Positions 26,255-40,610 of a stretch of 64,000 bases of DNA are shown piece by piece. Source of the DNA: Phoronis australis (lineage: Eukaryota; Animalia; Phoronida); the NCBI GenBank assembly GCA_002633005.1, contig NMRA01000745.1, forward strand, positions 99,815 to 163,814, in the 5' to 3' direction. Both the position numbers and the translations under genes were made by a program. The notes under the pieces were generated by a model. That model ran no database searches and was not told the origin of the DNA. It worked only from the letters and a program-made list of their open reading frames with translations. Numbering within the stretch: the stretch's first letter is position 1; each line of letters starts with the position of its first letter.

Positions 26255-27312
26255 ACGGAGGTTCACGGCTCCTAAGGCTCACTACTAGTCCAAAGGTTCA
26301 CTACTTTGAAGGTTCGCTACTCCAAAGGTTACCCACTATAAAAATCTATAAAGTTTCGTACTTAGTAACGGACTTAGGGGTGAGGGGCAAAAAGATCATG
26401 CCCCCCCTAAAATTCTTCCACATTCCATTTCGCAGTTCGAGGGTGCGAATATCTGACGGGCAAAATCCTGACTAATACTCTTCCCTGACACCCCTAACTT
26501 AAAATCCTGGATCTTCTCATGGCTTAGGTGTATGTTTTTTCTTTTAAATGCAAAAATAAATGACGCATCTGTTAATAGAAGCACTGAGTGATGTACCGAA
26601 AACAACGCCCTGGTACTAAAACACTTTGTTTGGATTTCATACTAATGCGAATGTCTTACGAGTACGGAAATGAGTACATACTTGCATTTTAAAAGATTAT
26701 GAAGTAGGAATACTGATGAATTTTCAAGCACGATACATTCATCAAATTCATGTCAAGATCGTATCATTTCACGAGCGCGGCTGACTGAAAAGTTTTGGGT
26801 TGCTGCGCCTCAACCTTACCCACTAGAACCACGCACATGCACAGCTGGGCCGAAAGCATATAGTACTTAGGAGGCTACCGGATTCCCTGCCGGTGTTCAC
26901 GAAGTCAGAGAGTTTCCATTAATAATTCTTACATTTAAATCCGCCGTGGGTCGACCAGATGCTGTCCCTGCTTGAGGATGAGTCGCTAGTTAGATTCAAG
27001 TTTGGCAGTGATTGGAACAGGGGTCATTTGCAAACAATGTAATCAACGTTTTTAGAATTATTCAGTTCTTCCACACCCTTTAAATGGTTGCTTAATGGAC
27101 ACAAATACAATACTTTATTCAAGTCAGTTCCGACTCCTTAGCAGACAATCAGAGTAATGAACTTCGGAGCGCTGGTGTCAGAATATGTGGACATTCGAAG
27201 TATTGAACTTTCGAAAGTTGCAAATCTTCGGACTCGGAGTATATAGTGAATCTGCGGACCGGGAGTAGTGGACCTTAATTGTAGTAAACCCTCGGAATAG
27301 TGACACGTAACC
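26255..27312. mobile_element. MITE with inverted arrays of ~15-bp subterminal repeats
   Basis: aaggttcactactcc-type units at 26260-26330; reverse-complement ggagtagtggacctt / cggaatagtgac units at 27160-27310. Confidence 0.5.
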
Positions 27313-30300
27313 TTCGAAACCTTCTCCATCAAGTTTGTTACATCCGTTAAGTGTCTGTAACACTGCTTGTGATAGAAGTATGGGTGCACCAAGCCTAAAA
27401 ATGGGGGGCTCGAGTTTTTAAGAATGTGGACATTTATTAAGATTCACGGGGTACGTCAGAGCTACGAATTGTGTATTCGCCGAATTTTGGTAGTTCCTGC
27501 CTTTTTAGTGATTGTTTGTCTGGTTTTCTACTTCTTCGGAGTTTTTGTTTCTCTGAAGCGGACCTTTTCCTCCACTTCCCAAATGGGGGAGGCTCGTTCA
27601 AGCCCCCAAGCTCCCCACCCTTGGATGCGCGCCTGACATGAGCTCTGTTTTTTCACAAAAACTTAAACACTTATCAGCAACGATACTGCTCTTGAACTCC
27701 ATGTTGTTTGCAGTAGCCTTAGACCAGCTACTATTTGAAAATTCCAGCTCAGAAATTTGAAAAGCTGACACATGGTTGCAACAAGGGGCAGACACCTTGC
27801 TAGTCTATTTTGAAGTCGCACACTCGTTCAACAATTCATGGTTTCAGCAGAGTCCTAGCTGTCCCAAAGCTGTTCTTTGCGAAACACAAAGTGATTCAGG
27901 AATGTGCCAAGAATTGATTCAGTACAATGACACTCGTGGCCATTTGATTTGGCTTTCGTCAATTCCTAACTGCTGGCTGTGGGTTTTTGAGCCTTGCGTG
28001 GCCCTTGGTAATTGCCTATTACTTGCACACCCATCCAAGAATTAATGCTATCTAATGTAGTCAGTAGCAGTATACAAGTTAGCTAAGCCAGTAGGATAAA
28101 ATCAGCTGACTGTCCTCTGGTGAATGTTATTTATGCCATAGATACGAATTTTGAAGGGGAAAAGTATAGACACAATATTTTCCTGGCAATTGATTAGCTG
28201 TTTATATCATTTTGCATTGACACCTGGTGGCTAACATATTAGTTGGGGTTATTTTTTTCCACCTTTTATATTAAAATTTCTATTAAACGTGCAAGTGTAT
28301 TCTTGGGAACTTTTTTGAAATTGACTTTCGAACATCTGTAGATGGGTTTAATGCAAAGTTCCTGTTTCCCCCAGAAAGTGGCCACGCAGGTGAAAGATAG
28401 CAGAAATGTGAGTATGGCCTAATACAGCGATAGAGCGTGAGGCGTGAGGAAAAACACGTTGCCGTTTTTTCTTTTGTTGTTTTTTAGTCTATTCCACTAA
28501 TAGATCATCCGAACAGAAGGTTTACAGCCCTCGGCCCCTGCACGTTTGAGGCCGCCTGTGTGCAAATGCAATCACGCTTTGCCCAATTCCCCGTGGATGT
28601 TGGGCCCCCCCTCATGGTATCTTAGATCCGCCACTGATGACATACAATTGATGCAAAATGATGGCTGTCATTTGCTTTCAACCCCTGTCGCCTGCTGTCT
28701 GAGAAACCGGGTGCGATTTCAGGTGCCTGTCAAACAAATCAAAATTGCAGAAAAAGTAGTTGGCAAGGGGCACCCTATGACCACATTTTTAAAATCCAGA
28801 GAGTACGAGCACTTTGAATCTGTAGTCAGATTTTTTTCTAGCGCTTAAAGAGAAGTGGTAATTTTGGGGAGAAAACAGTCAAATTTGTTGTTTTGGTAAT
28901 ATTTTTTGTGTGGCGGGATTTTTTTCAAATGTGAATTAACTGATCAAAAGTCTGTAGCGTAATTAACTTTCAGTTAGATCATGAGTAGTGCGTGTGAGTT
29001 GGGAATGCTACAAAAGCCTTTGTTTTTTGTTTTTTTGTTTTTTCGATTAGGACACGAGTAAGGAACTCATCTCTACTTCGGTGTCCGTCTGCAGCCAAAA
29101 TCCTATAATAACTGTAATGCGCCCCCAATGAGCTATATACCGTTGGAGGTCCGAAAGTCGTGAGTCCCCTGAAGTCGTGAACGATCCTATTTCCTTTTCT
29201 GCGCTGTCCCGCGACATCTAGCGTGGAAATTTCTAGCGTTCGTCTGCATACAGACGTCAAACGAATACCCGGACGTGTTGATAATCACAATATCATAATT
29301 AACAGTGAGTGGGTGGCTTCTTTTTTCAAATGTTTCTTAAAAACAGCATATTTCACTAATCCAATTTTTAAGCATTTTCAGAATATATTTTTGAAACTAT
29401 GCATCGTTTTAGATTTGCTCAAACACACGTTCCAGGGGCAGCTTGAACAATGTATCAAAATGTCCCAAAGTCAATCAAGTTTTGTGAAACCAAAGCAATA
29501 AAATACAGAGAAATAACTGATGCTGGGTTCTTAGAGTTTTACGTAAACACCCTCATTGAAAACATCTGTGCCCATTGGAAGTTGGCGCAAAACACATAAC
29601 ATTTTTTCAATTGAAACTTAATTAATAAACAATGCAATACGTTTTTATGTCTTTTAGAGTAATTGTAAGCACTGCAGTTGATTTGTGTAGACTTACTTCG
29701 TGCATTTCCGTCTAAACGAAACGGTCACGACTTTAGGGTCTCATTCAAAATGGCCAGCGATATGAGCGACCATTTCAAAACTGCTTACGAAGACAAAAAG
29801 GATTAAGACCGGAAAAAACACGTATATTTGTGAAGGCCATGACATCACATGAGCAGTTGTTAACGGACATTGCTTTTTTGGCTTATATTCACTACATAAG
29901 GTCACCGGCGTCTACACAGAGACGACAAGACTATACTCGCAAGGCAGAGAGCGCGTGACACGCGGTCCGCCATATTGATGGTTAACGTTATAAATCAAAA
30001 GCACGGTGGCTTTGTGGAAGCCGGGGAATAAATTTTGATATTTTAAATATTAACCAGGTTTTAAAATATTGGTTACATAAAGCAGTGTAAGCATAGAACC
30101 CACGCATTGCTTAAACGGTCAAAAGGTATTGCAAAGACCAAATTCGTAATGCTTTGGCTGCAATTCTCAGGGAGTGCTGCTAGGGCCTGGGACTGAGGTT
30201 TTGTCGGCTCAGTTGAAAAGACAATCACTGAAATGTATAAAGTTTAGAATATGGAATTATAAAGCAACGTGATTAATTTTATTTGTCTTTACTATTGTAT

Positions 30301-30609
30301 AGTACCTATTTTTCAGTTGTTTATAAACGGACAAGACGATTAGCTGTCAAGGGGCCGCTCCACCGGCGCGCCATTACATCACTGCATTCTCAAAGTTTTT
30401 AGTATGGTTCTAAGAATTCCTTAACCCGACGCCACTTGATTTATTCTAACACAAAGATTTGAGGCGTGCGTTCGTGTAAAACACTTAAACACTAAGTAGG
30501 AAAAAAATAATAGAAACCCATGGAAATCTATGAGCATACAAACAGCAGTATTCGTGCATGTAAAGTCGTATCATTGTACTTAGCAGTTGACCAATGGAAC
30601 TGTACATGT

Positions 30610-30830
30610 TTGTGTACGTGTGCATATTCGCTGCTCTGTAATCGTCCCTTGTAAAGTGGTCTTAACACACAACATCATGCGGTCGCAATTCCCAAAGTCG
30701 ACGGTAGTTGCTCGAATCCAATGGCTTGACGGCGATGATCCACTTTTTCCGAAGTTCTTTGTCTTTCGGAAACTCATGTCCTCCTATCTCATTGTCGTAT
30801 ACCAGCACACGACAACGTCCTGGCGTACTC
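30610..30830 (-). pseudogene. Decayed THAP zinc-finger domain (DNA-transposon derived)
   Basis: PGRCRV..DNEIGGHEFPKDKELRKKWIIAVK..LW..HDVVC*DHFTRDDY: THAP FP, W and CxxHF motifs, with a stop and lost Cys residues. Confidence 0.7.
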
Positions 30831-30984
30831 GGTTGCACTGATTTATAACAAAATTTGACTCTGATTTCTCGATTCCCTCCGACTTCTTTTAATGCAATAT
30901 GATGCTCTCGCAAAATCTCGAACCAACTCCACCAATATTGCCGCGAGAGCTACTCAAACGCCCCAATTGAGAGCACAGGCCAGT

Positions 30985-31710
30985 TTGAATAAAAGTTGGG
31001 AGTAAAGTTTTGCAAAAACCAAAATTTGAGTCAAAATGGGAGATGGTGTTAAATTTGCAATTATCTGATGAATGGTGGAAAAAAACCTACTGTTGCTCTG
31101 TAGACTTCACATTTGATATGAAATTAAAATGGTTTCAAATTAGATTGACCCATAGAATTTTAAGTACAAACACTTTTCTCCATAAAATTGGAGTTACTAA
31201 CTCGCAATTGTGCACCTTTTGTAAAAAGGAACCAGAGAACTTAATTCAGCTCTACTGATCATGTCATGTTGTGTGTTCCTTTTGGTCGGCATTATTTCGA
31301 TGGATCAACCAAAAAGTAAATATAACCTTAAATCCTGCCATCATCGATATTCTTTTTGGTAAGCATTCTGAATCAAAAGTAATAAATCTAGTATTGATAT
31401 TGGGTAAATATCATATATATCGTCTTAGGTTAGAAAAACGCTTGCCCTGTATTGAACATCTCAAGGCAGAGATATATGAATACTTCAAAATTGAAAAATA
31501 CATTTTTGCCAAAAATTGTGAACTTTTGGAGTTTCATAAGAGATGGTCTCCTATGGTTCTTTTGTTTCGTTGACTGGGGTTACAACTAAGATTTAGCCCC
31601 CCGGAGTTAATGAGGGTATGAGTGTGTATATTCCCTTTAAATTTACTATATGTCTCACGCTACTTATGGATGAATAAATGTTCAGTGGCAAAAAAAAAAC
31701 AAAAAAAAAA
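30985..31710 (+). mobile_element. 5'-truncated L1/Tx1-clade LINE (zf-RVT C-terminus, 3' UTR, poly-A)
   Basis: KLKWFQIRLTHRILSTNTFLHKIG..CTFCKKEPE..*SC..FW..GKYHIY..FHKRW; aataaa at ~31672 and A-tail at 31690-31710. Confidence 0.85.
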
Positions 31711-32127
31711 CGATAGAGTTATAGAAACTGATATGTTAACATTAAGTAAATTAACGAAAGAATAAGAATTCGCCAATGAAACCAAAAAACACCCTGTACC
31801 GGTTGGCAAGATTCGCACATACACATCGGTTAACCGCGTGTGCCTGTGAACACCACTGCTTGGGCGGCCGAAGCCTGAGGTCGAAGTATGCATTTGCACA
31901 GACCCAATTTCCCGAAAGGTGATTGGAATTGTCTACTTCAGGTTATACCAGGGAATAATGATTACATCAATATCCAGATGTTTTTTCAAAAAAATAAAAC
32001 TCATGTAAGGGGTGCTGAGGTATCTCCAGGAAAAATTCTGTGATACACTACTTGTATTTAACTAACTAGTATTACTTGTCCTATTACCTAATTCATCTAA
32101 GGGTCGTGAAATGGTTTGAAACGACAT

Positions 32128-32529
32128 GGGCCCAGTCTCCAATCTTTTTACTCGACATGGAACTCGAAACTAGGTTTGGCATTTTCTACTCTACTTTTGG
32201 GCGAACTCAAGATAAGTGTTTATTATTCAATGCTCGAGTACACAATAACTTACGTAGATAATTTATTGCCCTTAGTTCACAGTTTGTAAAACCAATATTA
32301 AAGCAATAAGATCGAGTTTGAACTCGAAATTTCGAGTTTTTACTCGAGTTTGTAGCACGAATATAAGGGTCTTCAAGGGCAAACTTGAATTAGAAACCCC
32401 TATGCATAAACTATAATGTATTCGAGCACAGTCTGATAACCAATTATCTTAACTTTGCACAAAAGGAGCAGAGAAATTGCCAAAAATAGTTTCGAGTTCA
32501 TTTCGAGTACAAAGAATCGAGACCGGGCC
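32128..32529. mobile_element. 400-bp MITE with ~45-bp TIRs (Harbinger-like GGCCC ends)
   Basis: ggcccagtctccaatctttttactcgacatggaactcgaaacta vs reverse complement ggcccggtctcgattctttgtactcgaaatgaactcgaaacta. Confidence 0.75.
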
Positions 32530-33812
32530 ATGGTCTCGGTTAAAACAGTTGTCTCATAGACTCTGTTGTAAAGTAACACGCCTCGGAACTAGATTTTTAA
32601 AAAAGCGTTCGCATTATTAAGTTTTACCAATATTAATTTTTACACCAATCAACGTATCCCTTTCATCAGACCATGATGTGCGGAATCGGAGATTTTTTCT
32701 GTCATTTACAAGCACACTTCCATCTGGCCAGCAGAACGAGGACAACAAAAATGTTCACATATAAACAACATATTGACATACTGTAACCATTTCAAACAAT
32801 AAAGTTTTGATTTATTTCAAAACATTTTTTTCAAAGTATCACCATCACGCAGTAAAATCACACCGTAAAGTAAAAGAGAAATGTTTAGCTGGTACAATGT
32901 TACTGTACCATACTGGTATGTGCACTCCATTTCAGCAAATGTCAGATTTCATTCAACTCTGATTTAATCCCTCAATTTAATTAGATTCGACATTTACTGG
33001 CACAACTCTGTTACTACTACGATTTCATTGACACCACCCCGCCATAAAATAACTATGACAAAACCCAATGGTATTAAACTCCAGCTTCCCTGTCCTACAC
33101 ATGCGCGCACCCAGGGGGGGCCCGAAGTAGTCCCTCACCCCCCATTTGGCGAAGTGGCCAAAATGGTCCTCCTCATAGAGACCAAAGGTCCGAGAAAACG
33201 AGACAAAACTCCACTGAAAGGACAATCCACAGCTCTGAACTTGGTACCCCGATTTTAGTCCTGCCGTTTTTGTTAGTAAAAGGTCCACATCGCCAGATAT
33301 TAGAGCTCCCCCCAAATTAAACGCTGAGTGCGCGCATGCTACATACCCAGGCATTAATACACTGTAAGTATCAGAAGACCGTGAACAGGACAGACCATAA
33401 ATATGATGGTTTTCCTCAAGTAAAGCACTTACAGATTTTAATAAATTGCCATAATACATACAAGTTGGCCCATCTCTTGAAAGAGAAAACCCATCTACCG
33501 TCCCAACATAACATTGTGGGGTGTAGCATTCTTGGGATATCCCTTCCTTCGATCCTGTCGTAGTCCTCATAACCTGGCTCAATAAATCTTCGAATTGGTG
33601 TCCACACTGCAAAAATCTACAACTATTAATTTTGTAGTCACTTTTTGTGTTTCTTCGCAGTGGTCTGTATTAGAATTTGATCTGAACAACTCAACATTAG
33701 GGTTCATGTGTCTTGAATTTTCTCTTCCAAAGCGTGTTTTCATTCAAAAAAAAATTTGTATTAAAGTTGACTTTTTAAGTTACCACAGTTAACGATGCCA
33801 TATTTGGGCGTT

Positions 33813-33874
33813 TCAAATAGACCTAGTTTTGATGAATATGGCCATCACATCCGCAGTGCCCAGCTCTGGTCCAT
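33813..33874 (-). CDS. Gene B exon 5 (terminal)
   Basis: ttttgtag| then (D)GPELGTADVMAIFIKTRSI*. Confidence 0.8.
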
Positions 33875-34458
33875 CTACAAAATATAAAGGGCCATCCATA
33901 ATTCAGGGCATTGGAACCCAATCTGCATTCTCTACTAAATAATGGGAATTGTTATTGAGTTTTAATTACAATGGCTGGTCAACTCATATTTGCGTTCATT
34001 GCTATTATTTACGGAATATAACATAATCTGCAAGCGCTAAACAAGAGTGAGCAGCCCCTTGCCTTGACCAAAATGGTCACTACGGGGCTCTGCGTTGGTC
34101 AGAGGATATCGGCGCGTCATTGTCACACGTCTCGGCCCGTTTTCAAGATATCACCAGGAAACGCTCTTTCTCAATGAAAATGAAAAGATGTAGAACTGCG
34201 TCTACGCGCGTCTACATGTACAGTACGCCCCCCATACGCCACTGTTGGCTTATAGTTGGTCGTACCATATACACGTATCCTTAATATCACAAAATTGCAC
34301 ATCAGAATACAATAATGCAATGCTATTTTTTCAAATGACGAGATGCCTCATGTTTATGGTTTCAGTAACTCCCAAAGGTTCACACGTCCTGATAAAACGG
34401 AAACTATCACAATTCAGATATATTTGGTTCATATTTGCTACGACAGTTTGAATTTTAC

Positions 34459-34643
34459 CTAAATCCGAGGCCCATTTCACCTTTGTCTGAGCCTTACTGT
34501 ACAGAAACTGTGGATATCTGGGATCCCTGTTTTCCCAATCGCATGCACCTGCACTGTCAATCACTACGACCCATCCTTCGTCTGTGAGACAGCCGTTGTA
34601 AAGGGCAGTGACAAGAAATCGACGGTTGGTGGGACGCGAGCCA
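34459..34643 (-). CDS. Gene B exon 4
   Basis: tttaag| and |gtaaaa; GSRPTNRRFLVTALYNGCLTDEGWVVVIDSAGACDWENRDPRYPQFLYSKAQTKVKWASDL. Confidence 0.85.
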
Positions 34644-34806
34644 CTTAAACAGAAAATGTAGCATTACTCATATTACTTCGTAACAACATTAAATCAAATG
34701 CACTACAAATATTTAATATGATTTTTTTGATTTTCTAAGAACGGAACGCAGACGCCAGAATGCATGGGAACAAACTTCTGAATAGACGTGTCCATCAATT
34801 ATAACA

Positions 34807-37800
34807 TAGTCCATTATTTGAAATGCACGTGACCCGTGGGTTCACGGCCACGCAAGAGTAGTAACACAATGCACAACACACAGGAAGAGCCGCGCGATGA
34901 CAGCGCAAAATGTGATGGAAATCAAGGGATTAGACGCCGGATTCAGGTACGAAAAGTGGAGTCATTCTTAAGATTAATCATGATTTAAAGCTAATTTAGA
35001 AAAACAAGCAAAGGCGATTACGTGTTTCCTTTGTCTACTGCTGATTTTATTATCTGGGTCCATGACAAATAGGAGCTGGCATCAGGTGGTCTAAAGGGTA
35101 CTCGAAAATGGCAAAAGTTTTACTCTTTTGTAAGTTAGACAATTGAAAATATCTGGACCTTACAATTGGTCACTGGTTTGCGAGAAAAAATCAAGATGGC
35201 TGACAAAATGGCCGTCAAAATGGCTGCCAATTCACAAACCCAAATTTACCGCATTTACGTTCTGCAAACTTTGTTTGTAACCTGATACGCATTTAAACAA
35301 AAACATTTTACAATCTACAGTCAGGGTTAATGAGTTGAGTGTTTCTATAATTTGCTTTTAAGATTTAGATACTAAATGTAAATTTTAATCACATTTTAGA
35401 TTATATAACATAAAAGTTGGTGTGTTTTTCAGAAAAGGCTTTAGTTAAATTTTCATAATAAATTTCACAAACTCAATTATTTTTCTGTAAAATATATTCA
35501 TTTGAGGTATCAAAATTAATATTTGTTAGAAAAATATGTTATTCTGGTGGAGTTATTGGCTTATTCATTACATAAACCCTTAATAAAATTGGGCGGGAAG
35601 TGGCTTTTTTCCCTGTTACTTTTATTATTAGTTGTTTCCAAGCATCAATTTCGTCTGCTGCTGGCATGTATTGAGAATTTGGCTGCTGATTTCACCTGAA
35701 TTTGATGAAAAGGAAATAGGATTGTGTAACAAAAAGTTATTAATAAATTTATTAATTAAATTTTAATAGTTAGGACTCACAATTTATTTCATATGCATGG
35801 TTTTTATGAACATAGGTAACTGATTTTAGAGGATATTTAGTGCCAGCAAATAAAACAACAGTGATCTGCAGTCAATTGTTCTTATCCAGGCTTGGAAGAT
35901 TTCATACTGAGATGAGCTTTCTGGTATGTGTTGGATAAGTAATGTCAGGCACAGGGCTTCAAGAAGTTCTTGAGACGGTGCATGCATCAAACAGTGTGAT
36001 CCTTATGTTAAATGGAAAAAGTGTGGATAAAGCAGTGAGGGGGCATATGTTGGTAGACTCAGCACTGAATGTTATCATAAAAGCCAGAACATTCAACATC
36101 CCACTTCCAAATATTGACAGATCAAGTAACGCCAAACCAAAACCTATGAAAAAAGAAATTCAGGTTCTTCAGAAATTCCGGAATGTCACCAACACAGAAC
36201 ACACACATTCCATGCCAAGAGGTGGAGCAGTTCAATGCTTGTACACAAATTTTGGCTCGTCAGATTATAGAGACAGATTCTTCAGACATCCCAGACATCC
36301 CAACTGATCACATAACTAGATGTACATGTATACTCTGGGGCATGCCATGTCCAGCCAGTGTCTTCCGATTCTGAACCTTGGATTACAGTGGAATGCCCTC
36401 AAGAGAGTTCACTTCTGGCTTCCGACCTACTGCAATTGGTATATTCAAACACGACTGAATCAGAGTATACATGTAGGTCTTCAGAATTCGCAGTGACAGA
36501 GAATAGTTCGTCAGAAGAATCAATGGCCAATGATATTCTTCATGATGATTTGAGAGCTGGTCTGAAGCGGTATGATGATCTTATTGCTGGCATGACGTCT
36601 GTGTGCGACGATGTATGGTCGTCGGAGTGTCTTGTGGGTATCAATGATAAAAAATCGAAGCACATAAATCAGACTTGTCCCGGCAAAGTCGAATCATTAG
36701 TCTTTGGCTACAGTATATGAAGATGATTGACATCCTTAGACTTTTAAAAACCAGAAGTAACGTCAGATTGGGAGCTTCACTTAAAAGCAGTTTCTGAAAT
36801 GCTGTCTTATTTTGCAGCTGCTGGTCACAACTCTTATGCAAAATGATCATACATATACTTCCAGTAGACGTAGCAACTCAAAGACACCTGTCAAGACGTC
36901 TACGGCCAACACACCATAAGACAAAGTGGCAGATTCTGGGCAGGCTTGTTATAATGAGATATGATTTTGTAATTGAACAAACACTCATAAAAAGTATTAA
37001 AACAACAGGAGGATTAACTAGAGGTTGCAAAAAGGGAGATACACAGAGTGCACTGTGGCTGCTTTCCTTGCCGGCATGCTCAAGTATAAATGGCACCATG
37101 TAGACTGTGACAAACTTGAGTTGTGAAACAAGTCAGCAGCATAAAGAATGTACCCAGGCAAGACAGTCGCGTAACGAAAAAGACATCCACAGCCTTGTTG
37201 AATTCCTCCACAACAGTAACCCATTTTAAAGAAAAAAATTACAGAACATCGCCACTGGTGTGACTGCAGGCATATGCGTCAGTACCGAAAATTCCAGAGA
37301 AGTGGAGAAGGCGGTTCACTTGTCTATGGAGGGGTCAAATATGATAGACTTCACATTCAGAAAGAAAGACAAGGTTGTGGCAATGACAATTCAATCAATT
37401 CATGCTGCTAATAGTAATTTTTATACAAGTGGAGTCACCACTGCTATTTCAACGAATCCTGACACCTGCAAAAGACAACAATAAAAGTTCATCAAGCCTT
37501 TTGAAGTTTGAGCTGTGTGTTGGTTCCTCTACTCTTTTTTGATACATCTGGTCTTCCAAGAGTCGCTAAAAAATCAACATGATCTGATGCACTCTGGTCC
37601 AGTGGGGGACTACCTGAGGATTTCAATTTCCAGAAAACACGGTGATGCATGTAATCGACGATAGTTCTCTCCTTCACCGTATTCCATGGCCTAGAGTTGC
37701 AACGTTTCAGTTATTTGGTAGAGCTTATGTGGGTTACATCAGCAAGTGCACCCAGCCTGCTGTTGTTTTTGATGGTTACTGAGATGGACTATCATCTAAA

Positions 37801-39873
37801 GATGTCTCTCATGCTCCAAGACTGGGTGGGGTGGTTGGAACTGAAATTCACTTCAATGGTGACATGGTGATCTAAGTAAGAAAGGAACATTTTTGGCAAA
37901 GAGCAAAAACAAACAACGATTCATTCACTTCTTGTCAAGTTTGCTAGGAAATGCTGGTTGCACAGTGGTAAAAGCTGAAGGTGACGCAGACGTTTTAATT
38001 GTAGAAACAGCAATATAGAGAACGCAGCACAAGGTCCAACTACCCTTATTGCAGACGATACATATTTGTTGGTTCTTTTGCGTTACCATGCTACTTCACA
38101 ACAAATTCCAATGTTCATGAAATTTGACAAGAGGCACCAAAGCAAGAGGAGAGTCTCTTGGTACCGAAACTTGCGCAGTTTTGCCATTTGCGCATGCAAT
38201 AGGTCGTTGCAACACAACATTACAGCTGTTCGGTATTAGCAAAGGCTCTCCCATTCAAGAAACTGCGTGATCGAGAATTCTACAAAAACTCTAGTGAGAG
38301 TATTCACTAAACACATGCAGCTGAAGCAAGACATATTTGAAGCTGGTAAGAGTTGTATCTGTGCTTCATGGCGGTACTGGCTCGGGAAATTTGGATGACT
38401 TGCGATACAAGCGATTTGTGGGTGAGGTGTCAGACTAGCTACAGTCCAAATGTAGTCATTATCACCAACTTTCTTCAGTAGCTAAATTCCATGCTGCCGG
38501 GACATATTATCAAAAGCAAGAGCAGTCAAGTTTCCGTGGCAGTGGCCTAGACTCGCTGTGTTGGGGATGGATGCTGGAAGGTGGAAAATTCATTCCCACG
38601 ATGAAGGACCAGTCCGTAGCACCAGAGAACCTGCTGAAAGTTGTGAGATGCTCGTGTAAGACCAACTGCAGTTCCAAGAGATGTACTTGCAAGAAGTTAA
38701 GATTGCCGTACTGGGTTGCATGTGGAGAATGTCGTGGTTTTAGCTGCAGAAATTCATTCTCAGTTGACAGAGATTAGTTGAGTAAATACTGGTTGATTGT
38801 GTATAGATTCACTAGCATTTACAACTAACTGGAAGTGACACAGACAGTGTGGATAGTAGATCACTGAATTAATTGCAGAGAGTTATTTTCAATACAGCCC
38901 ATTTTTTCAGGAGGAGAATGATCCTTCAGTCCAGGCAAAAATGATGCTTTTGACCCAAAAAAGTTATTCGTTAAACCATCTTGAAAATGGTAGACGTAAT
39001 CATCAAGACCCAGACAAAAATTATTGTAATGGACATGCTGACCTAAAAAACTCAGGATAAGGCGTGTCTCTGGAATCTGAAGTTCGTACACGAAGCAAGG
39101 ATGTGGTGGCCATCTTAGAAAATGTGGAAATAATCATTAGAGCCAAACGCAATGAGTCTAAATGGATTAGTCGACCAAGAAAACCTATGATACATGTACA
39201 ATGTTTGAAACAGGACGCTCTTCTGTTTGTGCAAAGTTGTGCGCCTGATTCGAAGTAGTTTTGGAGGCCATCTTGGAGAATGGCTGATGATGTCACCACA
39301 GCCATGTAAAACTTTTCCAATGGATTTGTTGACCCACAAAAGATAGGTAAACCTTTTTGAATTTTCACTCTATCACTTTCCACTCTCAAGTTATAATGAT
39401 CATCTGCTAATCTGGCGGCCATTTTATCCGCCAGCTTGGAAATGGTGGAAGTAATCAAATGCAAAAACTCTCAATGGATTAGGCGACCCAAAAAACCTAT
39501 AATGCGACGTTTGAAGCAAGAAGACACACTAATCTGTTCGTCCGAAGTAGTGCGACTCAAGTAGATTTGGCGGCCATCTTGGAAAATGGCGGACGGTGTC
39601 ACCACAGCCATGCAAAACCATTTCCAATGGATTTGTTGACCCACAAAACATAGCTAAACCTTTTTGAATTTTTACTCTATCACATTCCACTCTTGAGTTA
39701 TAGTGAGCATCAGAAAATCTGGCGGCCATTTTGTCCGCCATCTTGAAAAACCAACTTCCGCCACTCCGATTCCGGTAGACTTTTTTCCCACTAAGGGGTG
39801 AGAAAGGATACGATTTATGCAATAAAACCTTCTGTTGCAATTTTTCCGGGTTATCCGTAGAATGACTGGACTA
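34807..39873 (+). mobile_element. Decayed Academ(X)-like DNA transposon in gene B intron 3
   Basis: tagtcca..tggacta termini. Broken ORF ~35885-38777: RLG.FHTEMSFL..MSGTGLQEVLETV..AVRGH, D.VIEQTL.KSIKTTGGLTRG, XPG/PIN-like VVFDGY..DAD.LIV..DT.LLVLL, and C-terminal CSCKTNCSSKRCTC..ACGECRG..CRN. Subterminal gccatttt/gccatcttg repeats. No clear TSD. Confidence 0.7.
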
Positions 39874-40610
39874 TATCCAAATTCATGTCGTGTCAGCCCG
39901 TGTCGTTCCTTTAGAGGATGCATACCAAAAGTACAGCCCAAAAGAGTGTTTTTTCACAGAAAAAAATACTCTCCAAAATGGTGCCATTTTCGACAGAACT
40001 ATATCTAAAGTGTCTTTCCTGAATTTCTGGAACACAACTGTGTGAAAATGTGAATTTTTACACAAATTAATCTCTAAATGTGTCACTGTTTTGTTCGAGC
40101 CTACTCTCTAAACAGGTAGGTATTCAAAATTTTCGGGCGGCACTCCTCGTCTAAAAATACTCCAGTACCCCCGGCGCGTTAGATACCACTTGCTCGTGAT
40201 CTTGGTCATTTTCTTCGCAATATGACGTGGGTTTCGTAAAATGTAACAATGGTACATTTCTCGCATGTGCGTTCGACGTAAAATGTAACAACTACGTAAA
40301 ATGGAGAGGCTTAGGAACGTAAAATGTAACAATGACGTAAAATGTAATGAAATTGTTACATTTTACGGCGTATCACCGCACATCTTTTTCGGTGAGGAAT
40401 CTAGTTTTGGAACCTTGTCAGTCTAAGTGAAAGGTCTCTTGATTTCCGCCTAGCTTGTAATATCTTTGCATCTCCCGGGAATATAAGACTAAACCAACGC
40501 TTTTTCTGTTCTTCTGTGCAGCGAGAGCTCAAAAGATATCAAAGACCTCGAAAGAAATGTCAATCCCAACTAAACCTCGCTCAGTGGAAAATTTCATCAA
40601 TATTACTCAC

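Noticed and set aside
26255-26340. Short spaced repeats suggesting a CRISPR array (also the aaatgtaac repeats at 17470-17640 and 40240-40365)
   Set aside because: Eukaryotic context, degenerate units, no unique regular spacers and no cas genes; these are MITE subterminal repeats.
33025-33612. 195-aa minus-strand ORF
   Set aside because: Non-ATG start and no coherent domain; at most a faint resemblance to a decayed LINE RT.
39021-39941. ORFs with repeated KMADKMAA
   Set aside because: Translation of the non-coding subterminal aaaatggccgcc repeats of the Academ-like element.
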